Positions 21,101-27,984 of a stretch of 64,000 nt of DNA are shown piece by piece (positions within the stretch are counted from its first letter, which is position 1; every line of letters starts with the position of its first letter). The notes below the pieces were generated by a model. That model did not search any database, had not been told where the DNA came from, and worked only from the letters and a program-made list of their open reading frames with translations. The position numbers and the translations under genes are program-made. The stretch lies in the sequence record OM867527.1, one strand, 5' to 3'. Origin of the DNA: a phage.

Positions 21101-22931
21101 TGCTACTTCTTACCTGGTTGGTCAGCGTAAGGATGAAATGGCTAAAGCCAAGTCTGATTCTCGTGCAACCATGAACCAGTACAAAGGGTATATTCCTGGT
21201 GAAACTAAACAAGGAGTTAACCTGATTGTTGCTGAAGATAGTCAGTTTGCTGATTTGATTGAGAAGTCTTATGTGCGACTGGGTACTTATCAGGGTAGCT
21301 CTGCTAACCGTGGTTCAGCACGTAGTTACTACTTTGCACCAGTACAGGCACAGGCTCCATTCTCGCAGGGTATTCTACAGAACGTTCGTAATACTGCTGG
21401 TGGTGTAGACCTTGGTACAGGCTTTACGATGGGAACCATGGTAGCTGGTCGTATTACTGACAAACCTTCCGTAGACCGTATCACTAAAGCACTGGCTCGT
21501 GGTGAACGTGGTAATGAACCACTGCTGCCTGTATATGATGCCAATGGTAATGTGGTTGCTTACGAGCAATCCATTGACCCTAACATGCTGAAGCACATTG
21601 AAGGTGAGAACCATCTTGCTCGTGCAATTGGTGTATGGCGTGGTCGTCAGGTGGAAGAAGCTAAGGCTCAGCGTTTCAACGATATGCTGATTGAGAATCT
21701 GCATAGTATGTACGAGAACGACATTAAGATGTCTGCTTCTAATAAGTCCCAGTACGTTAACCTTCTTGGTTCTAAACTGGACCCAGTAACTGCTGATGCT
21801 CTTAAACTGATGAACAGTGAAACTCGTCAGAAAGCGGAAAGTCTGTTTGGTCCGGGTGAGCTGTGGGTACGTCGTGACATGCTCAATGATGCTCTAGGTT
21901 ATCGTGCAGCTTCTGTTGGTGATGCCTGGTCTGGTAATTCTCGTTGGTCACCAGAAACACTAGATACCTTCAAGAAAGCTATGTTGGGTGTCTTCGGCAA
22001 CCGTGCCTATAAGTATGTAATGGGTGGTGAGAACCTGGTTCAGAATTTAGTTAAAGAAGCTAAGACTCTGATTGTAGTTAAATCGGTGGTTGTACCTGCT
22101 GTTAACTTCCTGGCTAACCTTTACCAGATGGTTGCTCGTGGTGTACCTGTTAAGAACATTGCTAAGAGCATCCCACAGAAAACTGCTGAGATTAACCAAT
22201 ACCTGAAATCTCGTCTGCGTCAGGTAGATGCAGAAGCAGAGTTACGTGCAGCTACTAACCCGAACCAGATTCGTAAGCTGAAGGCTGAGATTCAGTCCAT
22301 CACAGATAGCCATAAGCGTTTGAGTATCTGGCCTCTGTTGGAAGCTGGTGAGTTCTCTTCAATTGCAGATGCTGGTATTGGGCGTGATGACATCCTGATT
22401 ACTGAAGGTAAGATTCAAGAATACATGGGTAAGCTGGCCGATAAGCTGCCTAAATCTGTACGTAATGCAGGTCGTTATGCACTTATCACTAAGGATACTG
22501 CTCTGTTCCAGGGTATCCAGAAGACGGTTGAGTACTCTGACTTTATCGCTAAAGCAATCATCTATGATGAACTGACTCAGCGTAAAGGTAAGACTCGTGA
22601 AGAAGCACTAGGACGTGTAACGGAAGAGTTTATTAACTACGACCGTTTACCGGGTCGATTCCGTGGGTATATGGAAAGTGTTGGTCTGTTGTGGTTCTAC
22701 AACTTTAAGATTCGTTCCGCAAAAGTTGCAGTGTCCATGATTCGTAATAACCCAGTACATGCTGCTATGGCTATGTTGGCTCCAACTCCTACCATGTTTG
22801 GTAACGTTGGTCTGCCTATTCAGGACAACATCTTTAGTATTGCTGCACAGGGCAATCTCGGTTACTCCTTCGGATTCGGGCAAGGCTTACGTGCCCATAC
22901 CCTGAACCCTTGGCTCAACCTCACTAACTAA
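12129..22931 (+). CDS. virion-encapsidated RNA polymerase (vRNAP, N4 gp50-like), 3600 aa
   Basis: Single 10.8-kb ORF. T7-like single-subunit RNAP motifs read directly: TRVGR (R1528), motif A EADGVTNGPINA (D1663), motif B RGIAKNPLTITIYGSG (R1770, K1774, Y1782), motif C KIFDGMNIG (D2055). All five align at one constant offset (+1104) to the N4 mini-vRNAP residues R424/D559/R666/K670/Y678/D951 as I recall them. Confidence 0.92.
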   Translation: MNRNHAMSTFDRLAGFADSITTAKQVDVSTATSRKQAEQGQNPFQLTPQNAYQLQAGRAGNLGAGAFDPGSIQADFTNASPLEIINKYGNEQGMGILNARVNAANAVRRDLTKSRTYGEALGDTLSGVGLGVANTLGGIAALGTGLVNDNAGASIASGLDWLNKGVHNLQSDALNARRNVVQNQNVISAQENEKLYKQDIDKGESELVASLSRIGRDAYDSVANTLSNGMAATDGLAEGVGSLFTGGPLIRGVSALGKVMVGGDKAVKGITLAAELGYRPARIAQTAGRVAAPAIAIGGMEAGGAYQQTANEIMEMPFSELAAKSPVYQQHIKDGLSPEEARRQTASETGITAAGLTAPVAALTGPLVSKFELNPLKVGSLAGAGSNMLRETVEEGIQSGTSQLAQNKAIQGNVDAKRDLLKGVGEQAGLGALYGFGSAGVAQAPGATVKAAGAAVGPVVRTTLAGASLAGKALAKVASPITNILVQRGEEVAKRNEQASPVSDATVNAAAQEATAQAEQAQATVQEAVDAMDISPEEKAAATQYAADLTQAMKFGPVELEQASPVIREAVSGSTNRVEAIQKMADLVNTAEDPNVQMEAAIQMYDNIMSMDSFINRDPGALANLEQGSPAANIVDQFSGLMANVQNTPKVLRAFRAIHSMIQEQAEAGKLKATEEANQAQANNIAMAADMSPEVLDADSVNMVLKHASEGKITLGNRQRAALQSAAALLQGAREFDAKAEELGLRPQDIVSKQIKTDESRSNEGQYSALQHAKRIRSAYNSGNFDLASAYLDDFMKFAQHMQNKVGALNEHLISGNADKNKSVHYQALTPSREWVRSRTGLGVNPYDTKSVKFAQQVGLEAKTVADIANALATAYPELNVSHVKVTPLDSRLDKPAAQVVKEFRQGNLDAAQSQQTNEPVNQVDETPVTKQEPVTPTVQTKPSVSEAVKTEPTIKESKPQTVKEPENQSEKQDNVDQSTESERDAYVKENTISQDTLNKYGDRKESPWLFADGTVVGSNGDHISLSDVFGHDGYRDMSLDTGAIRSTFYKGSEQPFVSLQLFDNQKLTTEQFNTVQSFVEANNALIQVGVDTSGRNTNNVEKQEVSLAQLKADYTVGGKPLSEMETVFPVYNNEKTPNQFLKAFSLPEEPKSRTIGSESPLTDVKKALSSAARFEAFTQKENNALTSDVIKRYQDLMGFGETLKTTLSDRLAKFLANKNVGKRFAEGTEANRWVGGKLLNIVEKDGDTFKFNDQLLETAVLAGLQWRLTATQNAAVKDMKGVAAITGVEASLLPEGILAEFENAQTLVEATNSLAQKIESYWGLNRNPNAPLGYTKGIPMAMATEILSSLIEMGEVKESMLDVSEIDPESNKTVGLYTIEKLDDNDAINKFPTAIEEAVLLEPEEKMYFGDDIPSVAQTQLRNPAVKNTPEQKAALKAEQATEFHVHMPMVNFYEALGRDNILELMGAGALNPELLNVNTAKSLEGKNLSVSMAYDSLFGVINQIKEQENGLDTPIHYGYNMTRVGRMQMLGKNNPQSSKLVREAILPTFSTIDLSNENSQTFSDFQLGLAQALGIKVHKMSREVMSDELTKALEGKLKPAVDMMVEFDKSGHLPTDAVDILKTSLGNDKSFVALMALMEYARYLNSDDRANFNTPLYVEADGVTNGPINAMVLMTGGKFTSDWIKNTAKGGLFFGKAGKTMNEHHSHEDSVDLYEASTNSLQQALNELRNTYRNNVPVTNQMKHLQKLMDLFIKDFNLKEDGTLDLKRGIAKNPLTITIYGSGARGIAGKMVSAITDVIYERFSDVLQARAADPSISPAMAMFGKEAASEADAQAMLDTFLTSMEALTGNVPVMRKGELSIQQVEGALTGKLDPQKFTVSGNALKNLQENMLHLFVEPMRTGIRNTVGEGLMYSTENLQKATQIQSLVLQDMFQQAVQAKLAEKEKDPTWKKGDFLTQKELNEIQESLSPLAPMIETGSQTFYIAGSENTDVANQVLATNLDDRMRVPMSIYAPSQAGVAGIPFMTIGTGDGMMMQTLSTMKGAPKNTLKIFDGMNIGINDITDASRKANAAVYTSWQGNPIKNVYDSFSKFMKNVDFSKLSDETKQAIAKSALEYDQREGATDDLLRVGAEQIERNLRNIALGVDIRHKVMDRVQVTVDQMAAVGAPYVNNGKISLDGLTIDQQVAKLNELFDAELNKRRDAVRASKAEPTKVEPAKEVPVVEVPAMEKVGRVLKSGVRLLSNTAITKLAKEMSPEQQAVLKEIQKSLVAKDYKVVYGTPSQLDAYAIEKNITRPAPEDIEAAEAGNAYGWTNFEDKTIYLVTPSLETLVHELVHASTFESVLAHYEGTPNEAVQNIEDLMNQFRTLDVKDESPAVREAYADALNTINGHLSNGFIEPAMAKAAALNEYMAWGLTNRELINKQKKTTALKTMVQAVYEAIKRLVFGRKKAPANADDMFSGLLFNSAVVMRGQAPTAAVAKDTTLFHNKAYGNNTRLEELGKTFDKLITDYIGSEPVQQVIRKGKFSDAVVNATKVTRDVQAHGFTMNMQEQRLFTNIVAALATEAAINPAAMARAQEYYTHVTKNLTVEAFMADPDSTNPADRYYAQQKFDTIMGANNIEFDAQGRSSLLPTFVGLAMVSEEVRKVLADIPVMKADKKSGNTVDAMLTNIGTAAMASLNARVAGDTKATNVQEGMDALAQTIMQTSLNAESFYDSVATPTGNAIDRANQYLVDSIDALSTRALEGAREVAANTKNPLVKGAAHAAQLIAAIATEKNGSIVAEGVMAAMNQGRVWQPFHDLVNDIIGRTKSNASVYDLIKAVRAQVQADRQQFREHLPTTIASKFSRKLTNDEWKAMHTGMGKTDLAVLRDTMSLAEIRDLLTDQKIVDREVNKLEADLQKQAGRNWPLINRKSKQLAQYMINGTVGNNLLRNATAISRLLGERKTTRSVVDVAQLDKLITLYALEAMNKTDREMLSSLAQTEIEGMDFATSYLVGQRKDEMAKAKSDSRATMNQYKGYIPGETKQGVNLIVAEDSQFADLIEKSYVRLGTYQGSSANRGSARSYYFAPVQAQAPFSQGILQNVRNTAGGVDLGTGFTMGTMVAGRITDKPSVDRITKALARGERGNEPLLPVYDANGNVVAYEQSIDPNMLKHIEGENHLARAIGVWRGRQVEEAKAQRFNDMLIENLHSMYENDIKMSASNKSQYVNLLGSKLDPVTADALKLMNSETRQKAESLFGPGELWVRRDMLNDALGYRAASVGDAWSGNSRWSPETLDTFKKAMLGVFGNRAYKYVMGGENLVQNLVKEAKTLIVVKSVVVPAVNFLANLYQMVARGVPVKNIAKSIPQKTAEINQYLKSRLRQVDAEAELRAATNPNQIRKLKAEIQSITDSHKRLSIWPLLEAGEFSSIADAGIGRDDILITEGKIQEYMGKLADKLPKSVRNAGRYALITKDTALFQGIQKTVEYSDFIAKAIIYDELTQRKGKTREEALGRVTEEFINYDRLPGRFRGYMESVGLLWFYNFKIRSAKVAVSMIRNNPVHAAMAMLAPTPTMFGNVGLPIQDNIFSIAAQGNLGYSFGFGQGLRAHTLNPWLNLTN

Positions 22932-22937
22932 ATGAAA

Positions 22938-22970
22938 AAGCCCCTCATTAGAGGGGCTTTAATTTTATTG
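22938..22970. terminator. bidirectional rho-independent terminator between convergent genes
   Basis: 10-bp stem AAAGCCCCTC/GAGGGGCTTT, loop ATTA, A-tract upstream and T-tract downstream; lies between the vRNAP stop and the stop of the minus-strand gene 23041-23433. Confidence 0.6.
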
Positions 22971-23040
22971 GCTTTTTAAGCCTTACTACTTTGTCGGGTA
23001 GTTCAGTACCTTTCGGTAAAAACTACCTTACACCTTTGGG

Positions 23041-23433
23041 TCAGATTGTACAACCACCACCGTCACAGGTGTTGTTTTCTACAAAGGAAGCCAAAGCCTT
23101 AGCAGTCTCTTCTTTTTCATGAAGTGCCTGACGTAGCAGGTAACCTTCTAATTCCCAAATCTTATTGAATGCATTTTCATATGCATACTGACGACCTTTT
23201 TGCTCATCATAGATAGCCGGGTCTACACAGGCAGATACGCCTTCAACTTTGAAGCCATTCTCCAGGATGATAATGCAATGGGTTGTCAGACCCAGGTTAG
23301 CCAAATCATCTGCTGGGAGAGCAGAAGGGTCAACGAATGCAGACTTCACTGCATCAGCACCATTGAAATAGTAAACGCTCTTAATCTTAGCTTCGATTGC
23401 TTCTTTACTTACTGTTGCCATTATTAGCCTCAT
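23041..23433 (-). CDS. hypothetical protein (130 aa)
   Basis: Last gene of the minus block; GAGG RBS about 8 nt upstream of the ATG. Confidence 0.5.
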   Translation of the reverse strand: MRLIMATVSKEAIEAKIKSVYYFNGADAVKSAFVDPSALPADDLANLGLTTHCIIILENGFKVEGVSACVDPAIYDEQKGRQYAYENAFNKIWELEGYLLRQALHEKEETAKALASFVENNTCDGGGCTI

Positions 23434-23480
23434 AGAGTGGTTTGAATTTGTACTTAAACATGATTGCGTTCATCAATACT

Positions 23481-23510
23481 CAAATAAAAAAGTCCCTCCG
23501 AAGAGGGACT
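23481..23510 (-). terminator. rho-independent terminator (minus strand)
   Basis: Minus-strand reading: AGTCCCTC-TTCG-GAGGGACT followed by TTTTTTATTTG. Confidence 0.55.
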
Positions 23511-23737
23511 TAGTAGCTTTAACGCAGCTAACGAGGCTAGGCCAGTTAACTATTACCACCGGTGCTTGTACCAGCAAACAGGATTGATAGTCCGATAATA
23601 GTTAACTGTAATTGAGCATTATAGTCTGCTCATACTCACACCGTTAGGTATGTTTACAATAACTAGAGTGCCGGACTGTCTCACCGGCATTGTCTTTAGA
23701 GTGCAATGCAATCAGGACTATGTTCTCTATTAATGAG

Positions 23738-23822
23738 TACCCACTACTGGATTTGAACCAGTGACCACAGACACCTTGTTCTCTCGAAGCTTTCCTGCGC
23801 TCTACCACTGAGCTAAGTGGGC
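23738..23822 (-). tRNA. tRNA-like gene with non-canonical anticodon region (possible pseudo-tRNA)
   Basis: Minus strand: 7-bp acceptor stem GCCCACT/AGTGGGT, canonical D-arm GCTC-AGTGGTA-GAGC, T-arm ACTGG-TTCAAAT-CCAGT. The 35 nt between D- and T-arms cannot be folded into a 5-bp stem / 7-nt loop anticodon arm in any register. Confidence 0.4.
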
Positions 23823-25336
23823 ATAAATAGGCGAGTCATGCCAGACTTTAACTGGCTCCTTCTTCGCAATCCTTACATACCCCTACATAATTATTGCGTT
23901 AAGCTTTTTTGTTTAAGTTTAAATGAAGGCGTTCTTGCTGACTCATAATTAGGTTTCCTACTTGCATGGGCTTCCACCATATCATGACGAGTTTGAGACT
24001 GCGGAGCGTCTACCTCTATGCTGTTACCAGCCACCGGTAAACCGGCGTTCTGTGGTCCATCGTCTTCAATCATGTTGTCTTAACCATATAGGGATTCAGG
24101 CAACTATGACGGCAAGTAGGAAATTGGTATTAATGTCTTGGTTTCATGAAGATTTTAGGTTAAGTGTACCAAGACATCAAATAAGGTGGGCGTTTGACGA
24201 ATGACTAGTTCGTTACTACCCGTTTGCCATAAGTACCTGGCGACTTCAAATAACGGGGGATGGAATCGAACCACCAGTATTAAGTCTTATTCGTGCACCA
24301 AGCACGCTAGTGGTTTTACCCACCGGAGGGAATCGAACCCCATCTACTTCACCAGACCCGTCTTAATTCTTCCAATTCAGGGTAGCACTGTCGAGGTGTG
24401 TTCTTTGAATGCCAGGAAACATTTAAAGATACAGTGCTACTTTGAATTAATTGCCAGGGATTTCACCTGGCTCCATCTGTTTTTATAGTCACTCAGATAT
24501 CGTCTGGACTTTGATAGTACAACCTATCAAAGAGTACACTAAGCACAGGTAGCTACCCTGCCGTCTTCTCCACCTACACCGGCTACAGTGTAAACCTCCG
24601 CACGTTAGCCTAATGTACTCATTGATAGGATGTCATAATAGGGGAGGGATGACGAGTCCCTCTTTACCCTATAATTTAGTTTACATGTAAGACCTAACAT
24701 CTCGATGCTGGATGAATAGCTTAATGAACTATCCGACATTATTGGTTAATGTTGTGCTCAACACGAGCGTTAGTTGATAAGGGATCTGAAGCCTTATCCT
24801 AAAGATACTAACCTTTGGGATATAGCCTAAGATTCAGAAATGGCCTCTATAGGGAGAGGCCATTGATTAACCCGAATGTTGCTTTACATTTGCTGTGATA
24901 ACCCATTCTTAAAATAGTCTACCTGACGGATGGGCATAAACCCTAGCGTCAGTGCCATACGGCAAAGATTAAGTTAAGAATGGTTATGATAGGAGTTCCT
25001 ATCTCAAAGGATTCTAACAGAACCCTTCACGATATTAACTATTCAATGTGAAATTCTTTGTTTCCTTCAACAGGTTCTACATCCAAGAAAAAGCTAACTT
25101 TTCCACTTAGTTTAGATTGAACCAATGGACTGGGGAGAGTATTCCAATCCACTGGTTCTGTTGTTGTTACTCTGGCGGCTTGTCACCACCGTTTTTATCA
25201 CTGAGTTTCCAAAGTATAAGCACAGTGATGATAAATGCTATGTATGGAGCCGACACGTCCAGAATCCTGATAAGCAATAGCATCAGAATTACGAACACTA
25301 CCACAAATAGCAGCAGCTTCTGAGCCACCTACCAGA

Positions 25337-25777
25337 TTAACTACGTTTAAGGCCAGCGAACAGCGAAGGCTTAGTAGCAGGTTTCTCTGCTGGTTCTTCA
25401 GCCTTAACTTCTTCCTGCACAACTTCTTCTTGTGCTTCTGGTTCAGATACTGCTTCTTCTTCAGGTTCCGGCGTAGAATTCCCGTTCGGACCACCAGTAG
25501 AGGTCTGGGTTTCTTCTACCTTTAGCTCTCCAACTACTTCTTCCGGCTCCGGTTCTACCGGGCGGTGTTTGGCTTCTTGAGGGTTCTTACGGGAACGACG
25601 AGTTTTCTTCTCTACTCCCACGGGTGGAGTATCTTCATGAACCTCTTCGTTGATACCAACGGAGGCAGTACCATCTGCATTGATGACAATATTAATGTCA
25701 CCAGCAAGATTGATTTGATCATCGACATAAGCTTGTACAGCAGCTTCTACTTCGGACTGGTTCAAAATGATTTGCAT
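25337..25777 (-). CDS. hypothetical acidic protein (146 aa)
   Basis: ORF on the minus block; Glu/Pro-rich C-terminal half. Confidence 0.45.
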   Translation of the reverse strand: MQIILNQSEVEAAVQAYVDDQINLAGDINIVINADGTASVGINEEVHEDTPPVGVEKKTRRSRKNPQEAKHRPVEPEPEEVVGELKVEETQTSTGGPNGNSTPEPEEEAVSEPEAQEEVVQEEVKAEEPAEKPATKPSLFAGLKRS

Positions 25778-25778
25778 G

Positions 25779-26333
25779 TTACGCCTTTATTAAATTAAGG
25801 AGGTTTTGGAAAGCTGGGAGATTTACACCAGCATGGATTGCACCGATTGCATCTGCTAAGTGCTCATTCTTATTAAGAAGTTTGCCCTTCTTATCAGTGA
25901 GCCAGTTGGCTTCAGGATAGATGGCATGAGCAGCACGAATCATCGTGTCCTTAGATGCTGTTTTATCACCGACCAGTGCAAGTTTGTTTTCAATTGGGGA
26001 TACTTCAAAGATTGGACAACCCAATGCACGAAATGCACCGATTAATCCTACGCATACGCCATAGGATTTCATACCATTAGCAGACTGAGAGCCTACTGGT
26101 ACTTCTACGAATACTGCTTTAGCAGACCGTAACCATTTCTCACAACCAAGAAACAAATCATGAGCGGCTTGTATATCTTTGGAGTTGGTTCGAACTTGTT
26201 TGTTGTGGTCAACTTCAGTTTGAACCAGTTTAAGTTCGACCTGCTCGAAGACGCCGGACTCAATGTCCAGCATCCCACGAGCTAAACCCCAATTGCGGAG
26301 ACTAATGTCTGCACCAACAATTGGGATTTTCAT
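25779..26333 (-). CDS. RuvC-like Holliday-junction resolvase (putative)
   Basis: N-terminal IVGADISL and C-terminal HLADAIGAIHAG resemble RuvC-fold catalytic regions (recalled DAADALA-type motif); next to the SSB gene. Confidence 0.4.
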   Translation of the reverse strand: MKIPIVGADISLRNWGLARGMLDIESGVFEQVELKLVQTEVDHNKQVRTNSKDIQAAHDLFLGCEKWLRSAKAVFVEVPVGSQSANGMKSYGVCVGLIGAFRALGCPIFEVSPIENKLALVGDKTASKDTMIRAAHAIYPEANWLTDKKGKLLNKNEHLADAIGAIHAGVNLPAFQNLLNLIKA

Positions 26334-27136
26334 TAACGTTTACCGAACAGTGATTTACCACCAGCAGGGGTAGTACCCGTGCCAGCACCTGCACCTGGTT
26401 TAGGAGGCAAGCCACCTTTACCATTACCACCAGCAGAACCCTTGGTCTTATCACGAGTTTTGCCTTTGTTCTTTTCAAGCCATGCTGCGTAGAATACAGC
26501 CAGTTCTGGGGTCAGTTCTTTCTCAGCCTTCTCTGCTTCCTGAGCCTCGACGACTGTGACCAACAGTTCCGGATGAAACACTTTCTGAATCTCATTTACT
26601 TCACGAGTTTCACCGGAGTCAACGTAACCGTTGTCTCCTTTAACCTGCTTGGATTCCAGAACTTTTTCCAGAGCGAAGGTAACAGTCTGACCTACCAGGT
26701 CAACTGGAACCATGACAGATTTATTAACTTCTGCTTTAGCGTCGTAGTCGTAGACTTTGACAATCTTCTCTTCGAAGTCTGCTTCAGGCAGTTCAGTACC
26801 GGTAGCCATCAGCATCATGTCGTTAATGACAGTGTAACCAGGCAAGAAGTATTCTTTACCGTTCTTCTCGTAAGTCGGCTTGTTACCCTTAGCATTACCA
26901 GAAGTGAAGTACACCTGAGCACGGAACTCACCGGCAGGTACGCCATCAGAGTTCTTCAGGTCTTCAATAATTAACTGCATCCAGTCTGCACCAGAGTCAG
27001 CTTTACCTACGTAAGCTACTTTTACAGTACCGGTGTAGATATCGGATTCTTTTACACCGAAGCCGCCACCACCCAGAGAGTCTTTAGCAGCTTCAACGTT
27101 TTTGGTTTTTTCTTTCAGATTACTGAACAATGACAT
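26333..27136 (-). CDS. ssb: single-stranded DNA-binding protein (N4 gp45-like)
   Basis: 267 aa (N4 SSB is ~265 aa by recall); Gly/Pro-rich flexible C-terminal tail; located in the replication module after primase and ATPase. Confidence 0.5.
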   Translation of the reverse strand: MSLFSNLKEKTKNVEAAKDSLGGGGFGVKESDIYTGTVKVAYVGKADSGADWMQLIIEDLKNSDGVPAGEFRAQVYFTSGNAKGNKPTYEKNGKEYFLPGYTVINDMMLMATGTELPEADFEEKIVKVYDYDAKAEVNKSVMVPVDLVGQTVTFALEKVLESKQVKGDNGYVDSGETREVNEIQKVFHPELLVTVVEAQEAEKAEKELTPELAVFYAAWLEKNKGKTRDKTKGSAGGNGKGGLPPKPGAGAGTGTTPAGGKSLFGKR

Positions 27137-27175
27137 ATGATTTTCCTAATAAGTGATTAACAACCAGGCAAACGC

Positions 27176-27928
27176 TTAAGCGTAGTATTCAGCCAGATGG
27201 TCTAAGAGTTTCTGGGCATCGTTATCAATGTAAGTCTCGGACTTATCGAACATACCCATTGGGGAACGAAGTCGTTTACCAACAGACTTCTTAGTTGGAC
27301 GGGTCTGGAATACGTGCTTATACCCTAAGTCACGTTCTTCTTCCGTAATTTCTAACATCTTGTTTCCATACTTCTCCAGTTCTTTAATGTCTACACGCTC
27401 TGCGTAAACTACTGTAGAGAAGTAGGCTTCAAGCCCGTTATTCTTAAGAGAACCTTTCACTGGGATGAACGTTTTCATCACACCAGCAGCTTCATCAAGT
27501 TCGTCTTTAGCATGAGCAGTAATAATTACTGGCTTACCAAACTTAACGACTTTTTGTTGCAGCAGTATCTTAAAGAACTGTGCAAAATCTCCCCATGCTT
27601 TCTGCGTATTTGCAGAAGGCAGAACATACTGGGATTCCAGCATATCCATCATAAAGGTTGCTGAGTCAATGATGATACCATCAACATCATCTGCCATTTC
27701 TCCACCAGGAGATGCAACATCAAATGCTTCCCAGATTTGGTATGGGTCTTCGATGTTGTAGGTATTGAATTTGTTACGGAAAGGTAGACGCTTACCTGCT
27801 TCAGTATTCAGATAGAGCCAGCGTTCCTGGTTCCGGATATTACGCAGTGATGCTGATTTACCACTCGCTGAGAATCCTGCAATCAGGATTAGCTGAGTGT
27901 TCATATCATTGGGAATTACTTCGGACAT
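27176..27928 (-). CDS. RecA-like P-loop ATPase (Sak4/AAA_24-like)
   Basis: Walker A GFSASGKS near the N-terminus and Walker-B-like GIIIDSATF; ~250 aa, typical of phage Sak4-type ATPases. Confidence 0.5.
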   Translation of the reverse strand: MSEVIPNDMNTQLILIAGFSASGKSASLRNIRNQERWLYLNTEAGKRLPFRNKFNTYNIEDPYQIWEAFDVASPGGEMADDVDGIIIDSATFMMDMLESQYVLPSANTQKAWGDFAQFFKILLQQKVVKFGKPVIITAHAKDELDEAAGVMKTFIPVKGSLKNNGLEAYFSTVVYAERVDIKELEKYGNKMLEITEEERDLGYKHVFQTRPTKKSVGKRLRSPMGMFDKSETYIDNDAQKLLDHLAEYYA

Positions 27929-27984
27929 TATTTTTCCTCATTTAATTTAGGAGTCCTTCAAACCAAGGAAAGACTCCTGTTTGC

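Noticed and set aside
12344-21704. Antisense ORFs of 60-138 aa inside the vRNAP gene (for example 14361-14777 and 18177-18581)
   Set aside because: They lie entirely within a 10.8-kb gene with clear catalytic motifs, have no RBS-like context and odd composition; most likely shadow ORFs.
24241-24400. Two additional minus-strand tRNA genes suggested by GGAATCGAACC T-loop-like motifs
   Set aside because: I could not form an acceptor stem or a canonical D or anticodon arm for either in any register, so I report them only as tRNA-like fragments.
23891-24488. ORFs of 60-95 aa inside the 1.9-kb island (23891-24073 minus; 23962-24204 and 24201-24488 plus)
   Set aside because: Translations are Cys/His/Trp/Arg-rich and not protein-like, with no RBS; the region is better treated as non-coding.
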